Below, one piece after another: positions 26,364 through 34,497 of a DNA stretch of 64,000 nucleotides. The DNA is taken from NCBI GenBank assembly GCA_964527545.1, contig CAZGQF010000003.1, positions 1,461 to 65,460 of the forward strand, written 5' to 3'. Positions within the stretch are counted from its first letter, which is position 1. Each line of letters begins with the position of its first letter. The translations under genes and the position numbers were made by a program. Source of the stretch: Candidatus Undinarchaeota archaeon (GTDB lineage: Archaea; SpSt-1190; DYHY01; CAZGQF01). A model generated the notes under the pieces. The model worked only from the letters and a program-made list of their open reading frames with translations. It ran no database searches and was not told the origin of the DNA.

Positions 26364-26621
26364 TTATTCTTTTTTCCTACTCGCCGATTCCAACAGCCCC
26401 GCAGCCTCCATTATCAGAGTCCGGGTATGAAAAGGCATGTTCGGGTCGTTGCTCACCTCGTCGAGAAGGGATGTGGCAGCGTTTACCCTGACGCTGATGC
26501 CCTGGTCCTCCCTCTTCAGGCGCTGCGACGCCTCCTCCGCTGCGCGTCGGATGTTCTTCGGGACTGCAGTGTCGTTCCCGACCTCTTCCAGGATCTTGAA
26601 AGCCTCCTCTAGATCTCCCAC
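26364..26621 (-). CDS. UPF0147-family protein
   Basis: DTAVPKNIRRAAEEA...LLDEVSNDPNMPFHTRTLIMEA matches the conserved archaeal UPF0147 pattern. Confidence 0.7.
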   Translation of the reverse strand: MGDLEEAFKILEEVGNDTAVPKNIRRAAEEASQRLKREDQGISVRVNAATSLLDEVSNDPNMPFHTRTLIMEAAGLLESASRKKE

Positions 26622-26665
26622 AGAATCGCCTCTTGCAGACTCCTGGAGGTGCGGTTATAAGCTTT

Positions 26666-27541
26666 TCACTCCGAAAGCTCGTCCTTGACTGCGGAGACGA
26701 ACTCGGACAGAAAGTCCCCCGGCAGGTTCATTGTAGCGGCGCGGTCGTGGCCGCCCCCTTCGCCCCCCTTCTCCCTCGCGAATCTCTCCATCATCCTCCC
26801 GAAATGGAGGCCGACCTCCCTCGCCCTCACGCTTATCCTGTGGGAGCTGCCCTTCCTGGAGGAGACCACTGCGACGTCCGCTCCCATCCTCACCAAGGCC
26901 CTCGCCGCGTCCGCCTCGTAGCTACCGACCTCGCTGACCACGAAAAGCGGCTCTTTCATCCTTATCTTAAGCCTCTTGGCAGCCTTTAGGAGTGCGAGCC
27001 TCTTGTCGATCGGAGAGGGCGCGAAAATCAGCGAGGCCGCCTCCTCGACTCCGGCGCTCTCAGCCAGGCGGGCCGCGGCACTGAAGGTCTCCGGGACTGC
27101 GAGGCGGAAGAACCTGGTGTCGGAGATGATGCCTGCGAGCAGCGCGCGGGAGGAGAGAGGGGTGAGGTCGACCATTCCGGCGACCATCTCCGCACAGCTC
27201 GGCCTCTCCTCGAAGAAAACAAAGTCGGCCTTCCTCTCCTTGCTGAAGTGGTGGTCTATCATTCCGACCGGCCGCGAGAACTTTTCGAATCCTGTCTGGG
27301 CGAGGGAGAGGCAGTCGACCACAATCGTGCCCTCTGCCTCGGGCAGCTCCTCTCTCTCCTCGAAATCGACGCCCAGCCCTTCGAGCATCCTCCTTCCCTC
27401 CCTGCGCAGGGATTGAACGACAATCCTCCCTCCGCCGAAGTGCTCTTTCAGTGCGACCGCGCAGGCGACGCCGTCCGGGTCTGCCTGCTTGTGGGTGGTA
27501 AAGACAAGTTCACCAGAGAAGTTCTCCAGGAAATTTCCCAC
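26666..27541 (-). CDS. DHH/DHHA1-family phosphoesterase
   Basis: Contains HKQADPDGVACAV, MIDHH and the DHHA1 motif GGGHDRAA. Confidence 0.75.
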   Translation of the reverse strand: MGNFLENFSGELVFTTHKQADPDGVACAVALKEHFGGGRIVVQSLRREGRRMLEGLGVDFEEREELPEAEGTIVVDCLSLAQTGFEKFSRPVGMIDHHFSKERKADFVFFEERPSCAEMVAGMVDLTPLSSRALLAGIISDTRFFRLAVPETFSAAARLAESAGVEEAASLIFAPSPIDKRLALLKAAKRLKIRMKEPLFVVSEVGSYEADAARALVRMGADVAVVSSRKGSSHRISVRAREVGLHFGRMMERFAREKGGEGGGHDRAATMNLPGDFLSEFVSAVKDELSE

Positions 27542-27543
27542 GC

Positions 27544-27912
27544 TCAGCCCGCCTTTGCGACATTGGCTCCCCCTGAAAGGGCGCCTGAGAGCTTCCCTGA
27601 GATGTCCTTGAGCTTCTCCTTGAGGCGCTTCTCCTGCTTCTCCAGGGACTCCAGCCTCACGTTCACAGTCTCCTTGGTCTCCTTCATCTCCTTTTTCGCC
27701 TTGGACGTCTCCATCTTCACGAGGACTGGGCCGACCGACTTGAAGACTGTCTTTTTCTTGACATTCTCCAGCTCGTCGAGGGCGGTCTCTATCTCGCTCA
27801 GCTGCATCTCCAGCTGCTGCTTCTGCATCGCAATGACCTGCGCCTGCTGCTGGTACTGCTGTAGCTGGACTAGTTGCTGCTGCATCTGTGGAGTGATCTG
27901 TTTCTCTGTCAT
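27544..27912 (-). CDS. pfdB: prefoldin beta subunit
   Basis: Coiled-coil, beta-hairpin, coiled-coil layout. Contains LQQYQQQAQVIAMQKQQLEMQLSEIETALDELE...VFKSVGPVLVK. Confidence 0.8.
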   Translation of the reverse strand: MTEKQITPQMQQQLVQLQQYQQQAQVIAMQKQQLEMQLSEIETALDELENVKKKTVFKSVGPVLVKMETSKAKKEMKETKETVNVRLESLEKQEKRLKEKLKDISGKLSGALSGGANVAKAG

Positions 27913-28136
27913 GGAAGCACCTTCAGCGTATCCCGCGCAACCGCAAGCATGCGCAGGTACGAGTTCGAGGCTGCCCGGAGGGCATTAAAGTCTTTCGCCT
28001 CTATCTTCACCTTCAGCTCGTCTCCGTTGAGGGAGAGGTCGACGCGGGAGCGGGAGGTGAAGGAGCTCTCGCAGGCAATGGAATCGTGGAGCTCTTTCGC
28101 GGAGGGATGGACTATCCTGAACTCCGCCTCCATCAT
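27909..28136 (-). CDS. pcc1: KEOPS subunit Pcc1-like
   Basis: 75 aa with ...LKVKIEAKDFNALRAASNSYLRMLAVA. It occupies the conserved position between rpoP and prefoldin beta. Confidence 0.6.
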   Translation of the reverse strand: MMEAEFRIVHPSAKELHDSIACESSFTSRSRVDLSLNGDELKVKIEAKDFNALRAASNSYLRMLAVARDTLKVLP

Positions 28137-28270
28137 TTAGCCTTCACGACTTTCATCATTGCCGGCGAACGCCTCTTGATAAGTATCTTGTAGCCGCAGA
28201 AAGGACAGCGTATCCTCCTGAAGGCAACGTCGAGCTCGACCTCTTTCCCGCAACGCATACAGACGTACAT
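28133..28270 (-). CDS. rpoP: DNA-directed RNA polymerase subunit P (Rpo12)
   Basis: Manual translation gives MYVCMRCGKEVELDVAFRRIRCPFCGYKILIKRRSPAMMKVVKAK, a CxxC...CxxC zinc ribbon. It is below the ORF-track cut-off. The 28137..28439 track ORF is in another frame and is rejected. Confidence 0.75.
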   Translation of the reverse strand: MYVCMRCGKEVELDVAFRRIRCPFCGYKILIKRRSPAMMKVVKAK

Positions 28271-28275
28271 TTAGA

Positions 28276-28500
28276 TCACAGTTTGTAGGCCCCGCCAGCG
28301 AACTTCGCGCCGCATTTGGAGCACTCCCAGATCCCCATCGCCAGCCTCTTGACGCTCCGCTTCTTGCACTTGGGGCAGAGCTGTGGCCGCCTCTGGGCCT
28401 TCTCGATGCTGGCCACCGCCTTCCGCTGCTTTGTGCCATAGCGGGAGCCGTAACGGCCTGAAGAGCCGACCTTCTTGGTGCGGCGCCTGGTCTTGGGCAT
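28276..28500 (-). CDS. rpl37ae: 50S ribosomal protein L37Ae (L43e)
   Basis: TKKVGSSGRYGSRYG...CPKC...GIWECSKCGAKFAGGAY. Confidence 0.9.
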   Translation of the reverse strand: MPKTRRRTKKVGSSGRYGSRYGTKQRKAVASIEKAQRRPQLCPKCKKRSVKRLAMGIWECSKCGAKFAGGAYKL

Positions 28501-28530
28501 GGAAAGGCCTCCAGAGGAGGGTATAAAAAG

Positions 28531-28758
28531 CTATTGGCCGAGGGCCGCGGTCAAAACCAGGGCGCCGCCCACCACGACAAGAAGCAGGACTTCGACGGGG
28601 AGGGATGAGAAGAACTCCATCACCATCTCAACGCCGCCAATCTGGTATCGCTGGTAGGTCAGGTAGGCAGAGTAGGCGAGGCCTGCGTAGAAGAGGATGG
28701 AGAGGAGTGACTTCAGCTTGCCAAGGATGCTCTTGAGCTCCATGCCGCCTCCATGCAT
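28531..28758 (-). CDS. small membrane protein (75 aa, 2 TM)
   Basis: Hydrophobic segments LLSILFYAGLAYSAYL and LLLVVVGGALVLTAAL. No family recognised. Confidence 0.4.
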   Translation of the reverse strand: MHGGGMELKSILGKLKSLLSILFYAGLAYSAYLTYQRYQIGGVEMVMEFFSSLPVEVLLLVVVGGALVLTAALGQ

Positions 28759-28785
28759 CAGCAGCTAAAATGGTTTTTGAATCGC

Positions 28786-28893
28786 TCAGGCCATCAAGCC
28801 CTTCGCTATCCACCTGCCGAAGAGCATGCCAGACTCGCAGAAGCAGAAGAAGAGCAGGACGGAGACGAGCGGTCCCATGAACCCCATTTTCAT
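28786..28893 (-). CDS. possible 35-aa TM micropeptide
   Basis: MKMGFMGPLVSVLLFFCFCESGMLFGRWIAKGLMA. Its start overlaps the stop of the upstream 24-codon ORF (ATGA). Confidence 0.25.
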   Translation of the reverse strand: MKMGFMGPLVSVLLFFCFCESGMLFGRWIAKGLMA

Positions 28894-28964
28894 CGACCCC
28901 CTTCCGGGCGGCAGTACGGCCCGGCCGCTTCCGGGACCGCATTGACGCAGGTTTCTGTTTTCAT
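28890..28964 (-). CDS. possible 24-aa leader peptide
   Basis: MKTETCVNAVPEAAGPYCRPEGGR. It is preceded by a strong SD, agaGGAGGcggaaaagATG. Confidence 0.25.
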   Translation of the reverse strand: MKTETCVNAVPEAAGPYCRPEGGR

Positions 28965-29132
28965 CTTTTCCGCCTCCTCTGAACCCTTTAACAAGGTTTT
29001 CATCTTTTAAAGAGCCTCCCAGAGGGTAGGGGGCCGGTAAAAATCCGGCCTCTCCGGCGTGATTTCCTCTCAGTGAGGCGTTCGCTCCAGAGGCTCACAA
29101 AGTTTATATTACCCTGTATTACACCTTCCTAC

Positions 29133-30245
29133 ATGAGCATAAAGAAGGCCATAGTCCTGGCAGGGGGGTTCGGGACGCGCCTCCAGCCTCTCACGTTCTA
29201 CACGCCGAAGTGCCTTATCTCTCTCGGGAACAAGACTGCCATAGAGCACACTCTGGACGCACTGCGGGAGGCCGGCATCGACGACATCACAATAGTGGGA
29301 AACAAGATCTTCATCGACCTGCTGAGGGGAAAGCTCAACGGCGCCAAGCTCAACTACCTTGTGGAGGACTCCTACCACGACGAGAGCAAGCTGGGCGCCA
29401 TAGGGGCTATAGAGTTCGCGACGAAGGAGCTTGAGCCCGACAGCTACCTTGTCGTGGCGGCCGACAACTTCTCGCCCAAGTTCGAGTTCAAGAGACTGAT
29501 AGACGAGCACGAGAAGGGCGGGGCGCCCGTGACCATCGCCCTCTACAACCTCCCCGAGAAGTCGAAGATCTCGCAGTTCGGAGTGGCTGTGATCGACAGG
29601 AAGAACAACATCAGGAAATTCCAGGAGAAGCCTGCAGAGGACGAGGCGATCTCCAGCCTCATCTCCACCGGCTTCTACGCAGTCGACAGCGAGTTCCTGA
29701 CCGAGATGGTACCAAAATACTGCAAGGAGAAGAAGAAGCGCGGGGAGAAGCCGGACAACTTGGGCGAAATCTTCGAGATGATGCTCGAATGGGGGAAGAG
29801 GGTTCACGGCTTCGTCTTCGACTGGTTCTGGACCGACATAGGAAAGTCATGGGGTCTGGTCGCGGGCAACAAGTACGCCATCAAGCTGGCCACCCTGGGC
29901 AAGTACCACCGCCTCATGATCAGCGACCACGCCCAGATAGACGAGAACGCTTTCATCGAGGGGCCTGTCATAATAGAGGAAGGCTGCAGGGTGGACGCAG
30001 GCGCAGTAATTGGTCCCTACACCCACCTGAAGACTGGCGTCCAGGTCGACGACGACGCAGTGGTGAGGGGCTCGACAGTCTGCAGCAACGTGGTGATAGG
30101 CAAGAACACGAAGGTCCTCAACTGCGTGGTGGACGCCCGCGCCCACCTCGGTCACGACGTCATCGTCGAGGACTTTGCCATCATCGGCAGGAACACCAAG
30201 ATAGGGAACGGCTCTTTCATAGCGAAGAACACCAGAGTTCACTGA
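29133..30245 (+). CDS. sugar-1-phosphate nucleotidyltransferase with a C-terminal left-handed beta-helix
   Basis: Contains KAIVLAGGFGTRLQPLT. The C-terminal hexapeptide-repeat region is (..IGKNTKVLNCVVDARAHLGHDVIVEDFAIIG..). A TATA-like aagtttatatta lies about 25 nt upstream of the ATG at 29133. Confidence 0.85.
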   Translation: MSIKKAIVLAGGFGTRLQPLTFYTPKCLISLGNKTAIEHTLDALREAGIDDITIVGNKIFIDLLRGKLNGAKLNYLVEDSYHDESKLGAIGAIEFATKELEPDSYLVVAADNFSPKFEFKRLIDEHEKGGAPVTIALYNLPEKSKISQFGVAVIDRKNNIRKFQEKPAEDEAISSLISTGFYAVDSEFLTEMVPKYCKEKKKRGEKPDNLGEIFEMMLEWGKRVHGFVFDWFWTDIGKSWGLVAGNKYAIKLATLGKYHRLMISDHAQIDENAFIEGPVIIEEGCRVDAGAVIGPYTHLKTGVQVDDDAVVRGSTVCSNVVIGKNTKVLNCVVDARAHLGHDVIVEDFAIIGRNTKIGNGSFIAKNTRVH

Positions 30246-30421
30246 AGCCGCCGAAGCAGGCGGCGGATGTTCTTTCTCGCCCTCCTGCTCTTCTTCCATA
30301 GTCGTATGTGGGGGACGAGGTCCTCCAGCATCTTTCTCAGCGCCTCCATCGACTCCACTATCTCCTCACCTATCTTGTGGTAGCGGCGCAACACTCCCTT
30401 CCATCGCAGGCGCCGTATAAA

Positions 30422-31009
30422 TTACTTCTTCCAGTCAGAGCCGAGACGGACTGAACTACCCAAGAAGCTGACAAGCTGCTCAGTGAAGCGGCCCCTGCAC
30501 GTGGCTGCGAAGAGGCCGAGGAAGAGAAGAAGAAATGCTCCTGCCGCCAGTGTGACCCAGCTCTCATCTGCGAGATGCCTCCCTGTTCTCCCGTTGCCGT
30601 CGGGGCCGAGTACGTCCATCACAGCCTCCAAGGTCTTTCTGATGCCATCAGTCTCGCCGCCCTGGAGGGAAGGGACCAGGTAGTTCTGGGAGATGGAAAA
30701 AAGCTGGACGTCGGTCAGGCCGACGCCCCTTTTCCTGAACTGGAACTCGCCCCTCTCCGCGTCGACCAAAAGTAGGACGCCCTTGCCTTCGCTTCCCACG
30801 CCGTCGAAAAAAGAGTCGGCGAGAGAGCTGATCTTTTCTTCGCCCTCCACGGTCACCAGGACCATCTCCACGGCCGAGCCCTCCTCATATTCAGCGAGCG
30901 AGAGTTCAAGATCAGCGCGTTCCGCCTCGGGGAAGAGGCCTGCGAGGTCGTGGACGTGCTGTGCCGAAGCGGCGGAGAGAAAGAGCAGAAGAACAACAAG
31001 GCGTTTCAT
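30422..31009 (-). CDS. TPM-domain (TLP18.3/MOLO-1-type) protein with signal peptide and C-terminal TM
   Basis: The signal peptide is MKRLVVLLLFLSAASA. It is followed by VHDLAGLFPEAERADLELSLAEYEEGSAVEMVLVTV...GVLLLVDAERGEFQF. Confidence 0.65.
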   Translation of the reverse strand: MKRLVVLLLFLSAASAQHVHDLAGLFPEAERADLELSLAEYEEGSAVEMVLVTVEGEEKISSLADSFFDGVGSEGKGVLLLVDAERGEFQFRKRGVGLTDVQLFSISQNYLVPSLQGGETDGIRKTLEAVMDVLGPDGNGRTGRHLADESWVTLAAGAFLLLFLGLFAATCRGRFTEQLVSFLGSSVRLGSDWKK

Positions 31010-31094
31010 CCTGTCACTCCCGGGGAGCTGGCAAGGCGGTTAAAACAGTTTCGCCCTGCGATAGTCTCTTAAACCTCCCTCCTACACCCCGCCC

Positions 31095-31871
31095 ATGAGG
31101 TTTGGGGTGGGCGCCTCTCAGCTGAAACACCTCCCACCAGAGGAGGCCCTTTCCGAGGCTGCGGAGATGGGCTTCGACTTCTTCCAGTGGAACCCAATCG
31201 TCAAGGGGAAAGAGAACTGGGGGAGCAAGTGGGAGTCTGACTACGACTTCACCAGGCTTGAGAGGCTCAAGAAGAAGGCGGAAAAACAGGGAGTGCCGCT
31301 CCTCTCGATGCACCTGCCCTATCTCCCCACGCCGTCCCTCGGGCTCGACTTCATCAAGGAGAGCATCAAGGCTGCGAAGACCGCAGGCGCCGAGTATATG
31401 GTGGTCCATCCCGTCGCCTACGGCAGCTACATCGACCTCTTCACGCAGGCCGCCAAGCTCTGCAGTGCGGTCAACCTCCAGCTCCTGATAGAGAACCCCT
31501 CCCGTCAGGAGGAGAACATCGGGATCTCCATTCCCACAGTCTACTCGCCCTTGCGGTTCCTGAGGCTGGTCAGGCAGAGCGGCGCGGGAGTCTGCTACGA
31601 CTGCAACCACGCCGTCCGCGTTGGCCTCGACCCCATCGCATTCTACGCCATGGTCTCCAAGTTCACGAGCATGATCCACATCTCCGACGCCTCCAGCGAC
31701 CTGTCGGTACAGCACGCGCCAATGGGAAAAGGCGAAGTGAACTTCGACAAGCTCTTCTCACTTATCAAGGCCTCCAGGTTCAGCGGCCTCGTCGTCCTGG
31801 AGTTGAGGAGCAGGTACCACCACTCCCTCAAGTCCCAGCTTGAGGAGCTGAGACGGGGGCTGGGCAGATGA
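31095..31871 (+). CDS. xylose-isomerase-like TIM-barrel protein (sugar-phosphate isomerase/epimerase or AP-endonuclease-2 fold)
   Basis: Contains GAEYMVVHP, LLIENP and HISD...P.G.GEVNF, typical of this fold. Confidence 0.65.
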   Translation: MRFGVGASQLKHLPPEEALSEAAEMGFDFFQWNPIVKGKENWGSKWESDYDFTRLERLKKKAEKQGVPLLSMHLPYLPTPSLGLDFIKESIKAAKTAGAEYMVVHPVAYGSYIDLFTQAAKLCSAVNLQLLIENPSRQEENIGISIPTVYSPLRFLRLVRQSGAGVCYDCNHAVRVGLDPIAFYAMVSKFTSMIHISDASSDLSVQHAPMGKGEVNFDKLFSLIKASRFSGLVVLELRSRYHHSLKSQLEELRRGLGR

Positions 31872-32410
31872 AGGTCGTCGTGGGGAGCGGGAACCCCGTC
31901 AAGATAAAGGCGGTGAGGGACGGCCTGGGGAGATTCTACGAAGTAGAGGTGGAGGGTGCGAGGGTGGAGAGCGGCGTGAGCGACCAGCCCATCACCCTCG
32001 AGGAGATTCAGCTGGGCGCGATCAACAGGGCAAGGAAGGCGTTGGAGAAAGGAGGGGAGTGGGGTGTGGGGATAGAGGCGGGCATCGTGCAGGCCAGCAA
32101 CACCATCACCAACTATGTCGATGTCGCCTGGTGCGCGATAGTGGACAGCGAAGGCGGCGTAACAGTGGGCAGTTCGCCGCAGTTCGAGTGGCCTCCCCAC
32201 TTCGTCGCCCACGCCGAGAAGGGGAAAGAGATTGGCCTGCTCAGCGCGAAGCTGACCGGTGACCCTGACGCGAAGAGAAAAGAGGGCGGAATCGGCTTCC
32301 TCTCGAAAGGCGCCATCCCAAGAAAAGATTTCTGCGAGATGGCTGTGGTCTGCGCCGCTATTCCTCGGCTCCATCCAGAGCTCTACGGCCTGGAGGGGAA
32401 AGACTTATAA
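31868..32410 (+). CDS. non-canonical purine NTP phosphatase (YjjX/DUF84 family)
   Basis: MKVVVGSGNPVKIKAVRDGL...VESGVSDQPITLEEIQLGAINRARKAL. There is a 4-nt overlap with the upstream gene. Confidence 0.8.
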   Translation: MKVVVGSGNPVKIKAVRDGLGRFYEVEVEGARVESGVSDQPITLEEIQLGAINRARKALEKGGEWGVGIEAGIVQASNTITNYVDVAWCAIVDSEGGVTVGSSPQFEWPPHFVAHAEKGKEIGLLSAKLTGDPDAKRKEGGIGFLSKGAIPRKDFCEMAVVCAAIPRLHPELYGLEGKDL

Positions 32411-32432
32411 TCAGAAGTCGCGTGAGACTGTA

Positions 32433-32522
32433 TGCGTGTCGTCGAAGATACCAAGAACTTCGGTTCTTGAATATCAAGAAACAGTGCGTCGCAAGACATG
32501 CTAGTTTCTAAGGCGACACGCA
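32433..32522 (+). other. structured A/T-richer intergenic element (candidate terminator or small RNA)
   Basis: A perfect 9-bp outer stem pairs tgcgtgtcg (32433-41) with cgacacgca (32514-22). Two mutually exclusive inner hairpins are present: caagaac-ttcg-gttcttg (32452-69, UUCG loop) and ttcttga-ata-tcaagaa (32464-80). A cttttccctccctccc tract follows. Confidence 0.3.
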
Positions 32523-32579
32523 CTTTTCCCTCCCTCCCATTCCAAACGCATTTTTACATCCTGCCGTCCCACCTCTCCA

Positions 32580-33587
32580 ATGGAGCTCTTCTACCGCCGC
32601 GGCCTCTGGCTGGAGTCTGACGGCGAGAAGATTCTCTTCGACCCCACTGCCAAGATGGCCCTTGAGAAGGCGGACCACATCCTCGTCACTCACGGCCACA
32701 CCGACCACGCGAGCGCCTTCAGGAACGCGTCGGGCGAGAGCATCCTCTCGAGCAATATCACGCGGGAGGTTATAGAGGCAAGGTACGGCGTAGAGCTCGG
32801 CGACCACGACTTCGACGCGAAGACTTTCAACGCCGGCCACGTGATGGGCTCGAGGCAGTTCATGGTGGGGAACGTCCTCTACACGGGAGACATCAACACA
32901 GCCAGGCAGGTCTCTGTCGAACCGGCCGAGACGCCCAGCGCCGAGACGCTGATAGTGGAGGCTACCTACGGCTCGCCGGAGAACGTCCTCCCGCCCCATC
33001 AAAAAGTGGTGGAAGAGATCGACGCCTTCGTGCAGGAGGCGTTCGCCCGCGACAGGCCCGCAGTCTTCTACGCCTACTCCCTCGGCAAGGCGCAGGAGCT
33101 GGCCGCCCTGCTCCAGAAGTATCCCCTCTTCGTGGACGAGGAGATCCACACAATGAACGACATCTATTCGCGGAACGTCCGCAAGCTGGGATGCCACCTC
33201 CTCCCGGAAGGGATGAGCCTCGACAGGAACGACTTCGTCGCCATCTTCACGGCGAGGAAGATGAGGCAGAACAAGTTCCTGCTCGGGAAGGGATGGGAGA
33301 CAAACGACCCCATGACTGCGGCCGCCACCGGTTGGGCGATGGTCGACTGGTTCAAGGAAGGTGTCGCAAGGAAACTCCAGCTCGACGGCGTCTTCCCGCT
33401 CTCCTCCCACGCCGACTTCAACGGCCTCTGCGACTTCGTGGAGGCTGTCTCGCCCAAGAAAGTCTACACACTCTACGGCTCGACAAGGGAGCTGGCGGCC
33501 GAGCTGAAGAAGAGGGGCTACGACGCGGAGCCTGTCAGGTCCGTGAGGGGGAGGGAGAGGAGCGAGGAGAAGTGCAGGGCCTGCTAG
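32580..33587 (+). CDS. metallo-beta-lactamase-fold hydrolase with beta-CASP-like features
   Basis: The HxHxDH motif is THGHTDHA. The C-terminal SSHADFNGLCDFVEAVSPKKVYTLYG resembles beta-CASP motif C. Confidence 0.7.
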   Translation: MELFYRRGLWLESDGEKILFDPTAKMALEKADHILVTHGHTDHASAFRNASGESILSSNITREVIEARYGVELGDHDFDAKTFNAGHVMGSRQFMVGNVLYTGDINTARQVSVEPAETPSAETLIVEATYGSPENVLPPHQKVVEEIDAFVQEAFARDRPAVFYAYSLGKAQELAALLQKYPLFVDEEIHTMNDIYSRNVRKLGCHLLPEGMSLDRNDFVAIFTARKMRQNKFLLGKGWETNDPMTAAATGWAMVDWFKEGVARKLQLDGVFPLSSHADFNGLCDFVEAVSPKKVYTLYGSTRELAAELKKRGYDAEPVRSVRGRERSEEKCRAC

Positions 33588-34420
33588 AACGAGAAAAGCC
33601 TACTGAGGAACTCCGCCCTCCGTAGGTCGACGTAATTGGCGAAGAGAAGGGCGAAGTCCTTGAAGATGGGCCTGACGCGGGGGAGCCTCTTCCAGATCCC
33701 CTGCTGGAACTCCAACCCCTGTTTGGCCTGCTCCATCGCCTTTTCGTACTCTGACAGCGTCCCGGCGCGGCCGCACTCCCAGCCGCTCTTCAGCTGGAGG
33801 GCGAGGTCAAACCCGTAGAAAGGCGAGGCGAAGCCAGCTGCCCTTCCTGCGAGGAGGGTGTCTGAACTGAAGCTGACTGGCGGGAGGGGGAGAATGAAAG
33901 TGAACCCCTTTGCAGGATCGCATCCATGCCTCTCAGCCACCCCCTTCGCCGCCTCCAAATTGACAGGCCCGCTCGAGACAAAGCAGAGAGTCGAGTAGTC
34001 GGGAGCGGGGACAAGTGTCATGACGCCTCCCCCGTAGAAGTGGATTGCGGGGCAGTCGGCCGGCTCGCCCGTGGAGACGCGGACGTGGAGGTCAGAGCCC
34101 TTCGCCTCGGTCCGTATCCTCTCTCCCTCGCCGTCTTCCGTGGCCTGCTCGAACAGCTGCGACTCGACAGAGTCTTCCCTGTCGCCTGTGTAGAAAGAGA
34201 AGCACTTCCTGCGGAGAGAGTGTTCTTTTTTGCAGACCAGCTTGATCTCGTCGAACTCGGCGGCTGGCGAGAGGCCGAGCTCGTCGACGAGGGAAGTGGC
34301 ATCCACGCTACCGTCAACTGCAAGGAAAGCGTGCTCAGGCTGCGGCGACCCGCGGGCGGGGAGGCCAGAGGCGAGAGCGGCAGCGGCGGCCGCAGGGCCC
34401 CTGCCTTCCACGAAGCTCAT
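33584..34420 (-). CDS. hypothetical protein, possibly a divergent or truncated geranylgeranyl-reductase-family FAD protein
   Basis: The C-terminal LLAGRAAGFASPFYGFDLALQLKSG resembles the G-D-A-A-G...G-x-G-I second FAD motif. The N-terminus (GPAAAAAALASGL) is only a degenerate GxGxxG. The assignment is weak. Confidence 0.4.
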   Translation of the reverse strand: MSFVEGRGPAAAAAALASGLPARGSPQPEHAFLAVDGSVDATSLVDELGLSPAAEFDEIKLVCKKEHSLRRKCFSFYTGDREDSVESQLFEQATEDGEGERIRTEAKGSDLHVRVSTGEPADCPAIHFYGGGVMTLVPAPDYSTLCFVSSGPVNLEAAKGVAERHGCDPAKGFTFILPLPPVSFSSDTLLAGRAAGFASPFYGFDLALQLKSGWECGRAGTLSEYEKAMEQAKQGLEFQQGIWKRLPRVRPIFKDFALLFANYVDLRRAEFLSRLFSF

Positions 34421-34497
34421 GTCCAGCCGACAGAAGAGGGCTATTTAACTCCCGCGGCCGGGACAACCTAAATATAGCTGCCTCCCATAGGAAAGCC

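Noticed and set aside
28137-28942. Track ORFs 28137..28439(-) and 28628..28942(-).
   Set aside because: Both are Arg/Ala/Pro-rich. The first overlaps rpoP and L37Ae in the wrong frame, and the second lies in a different frame from the SD-led micro-ORFs.
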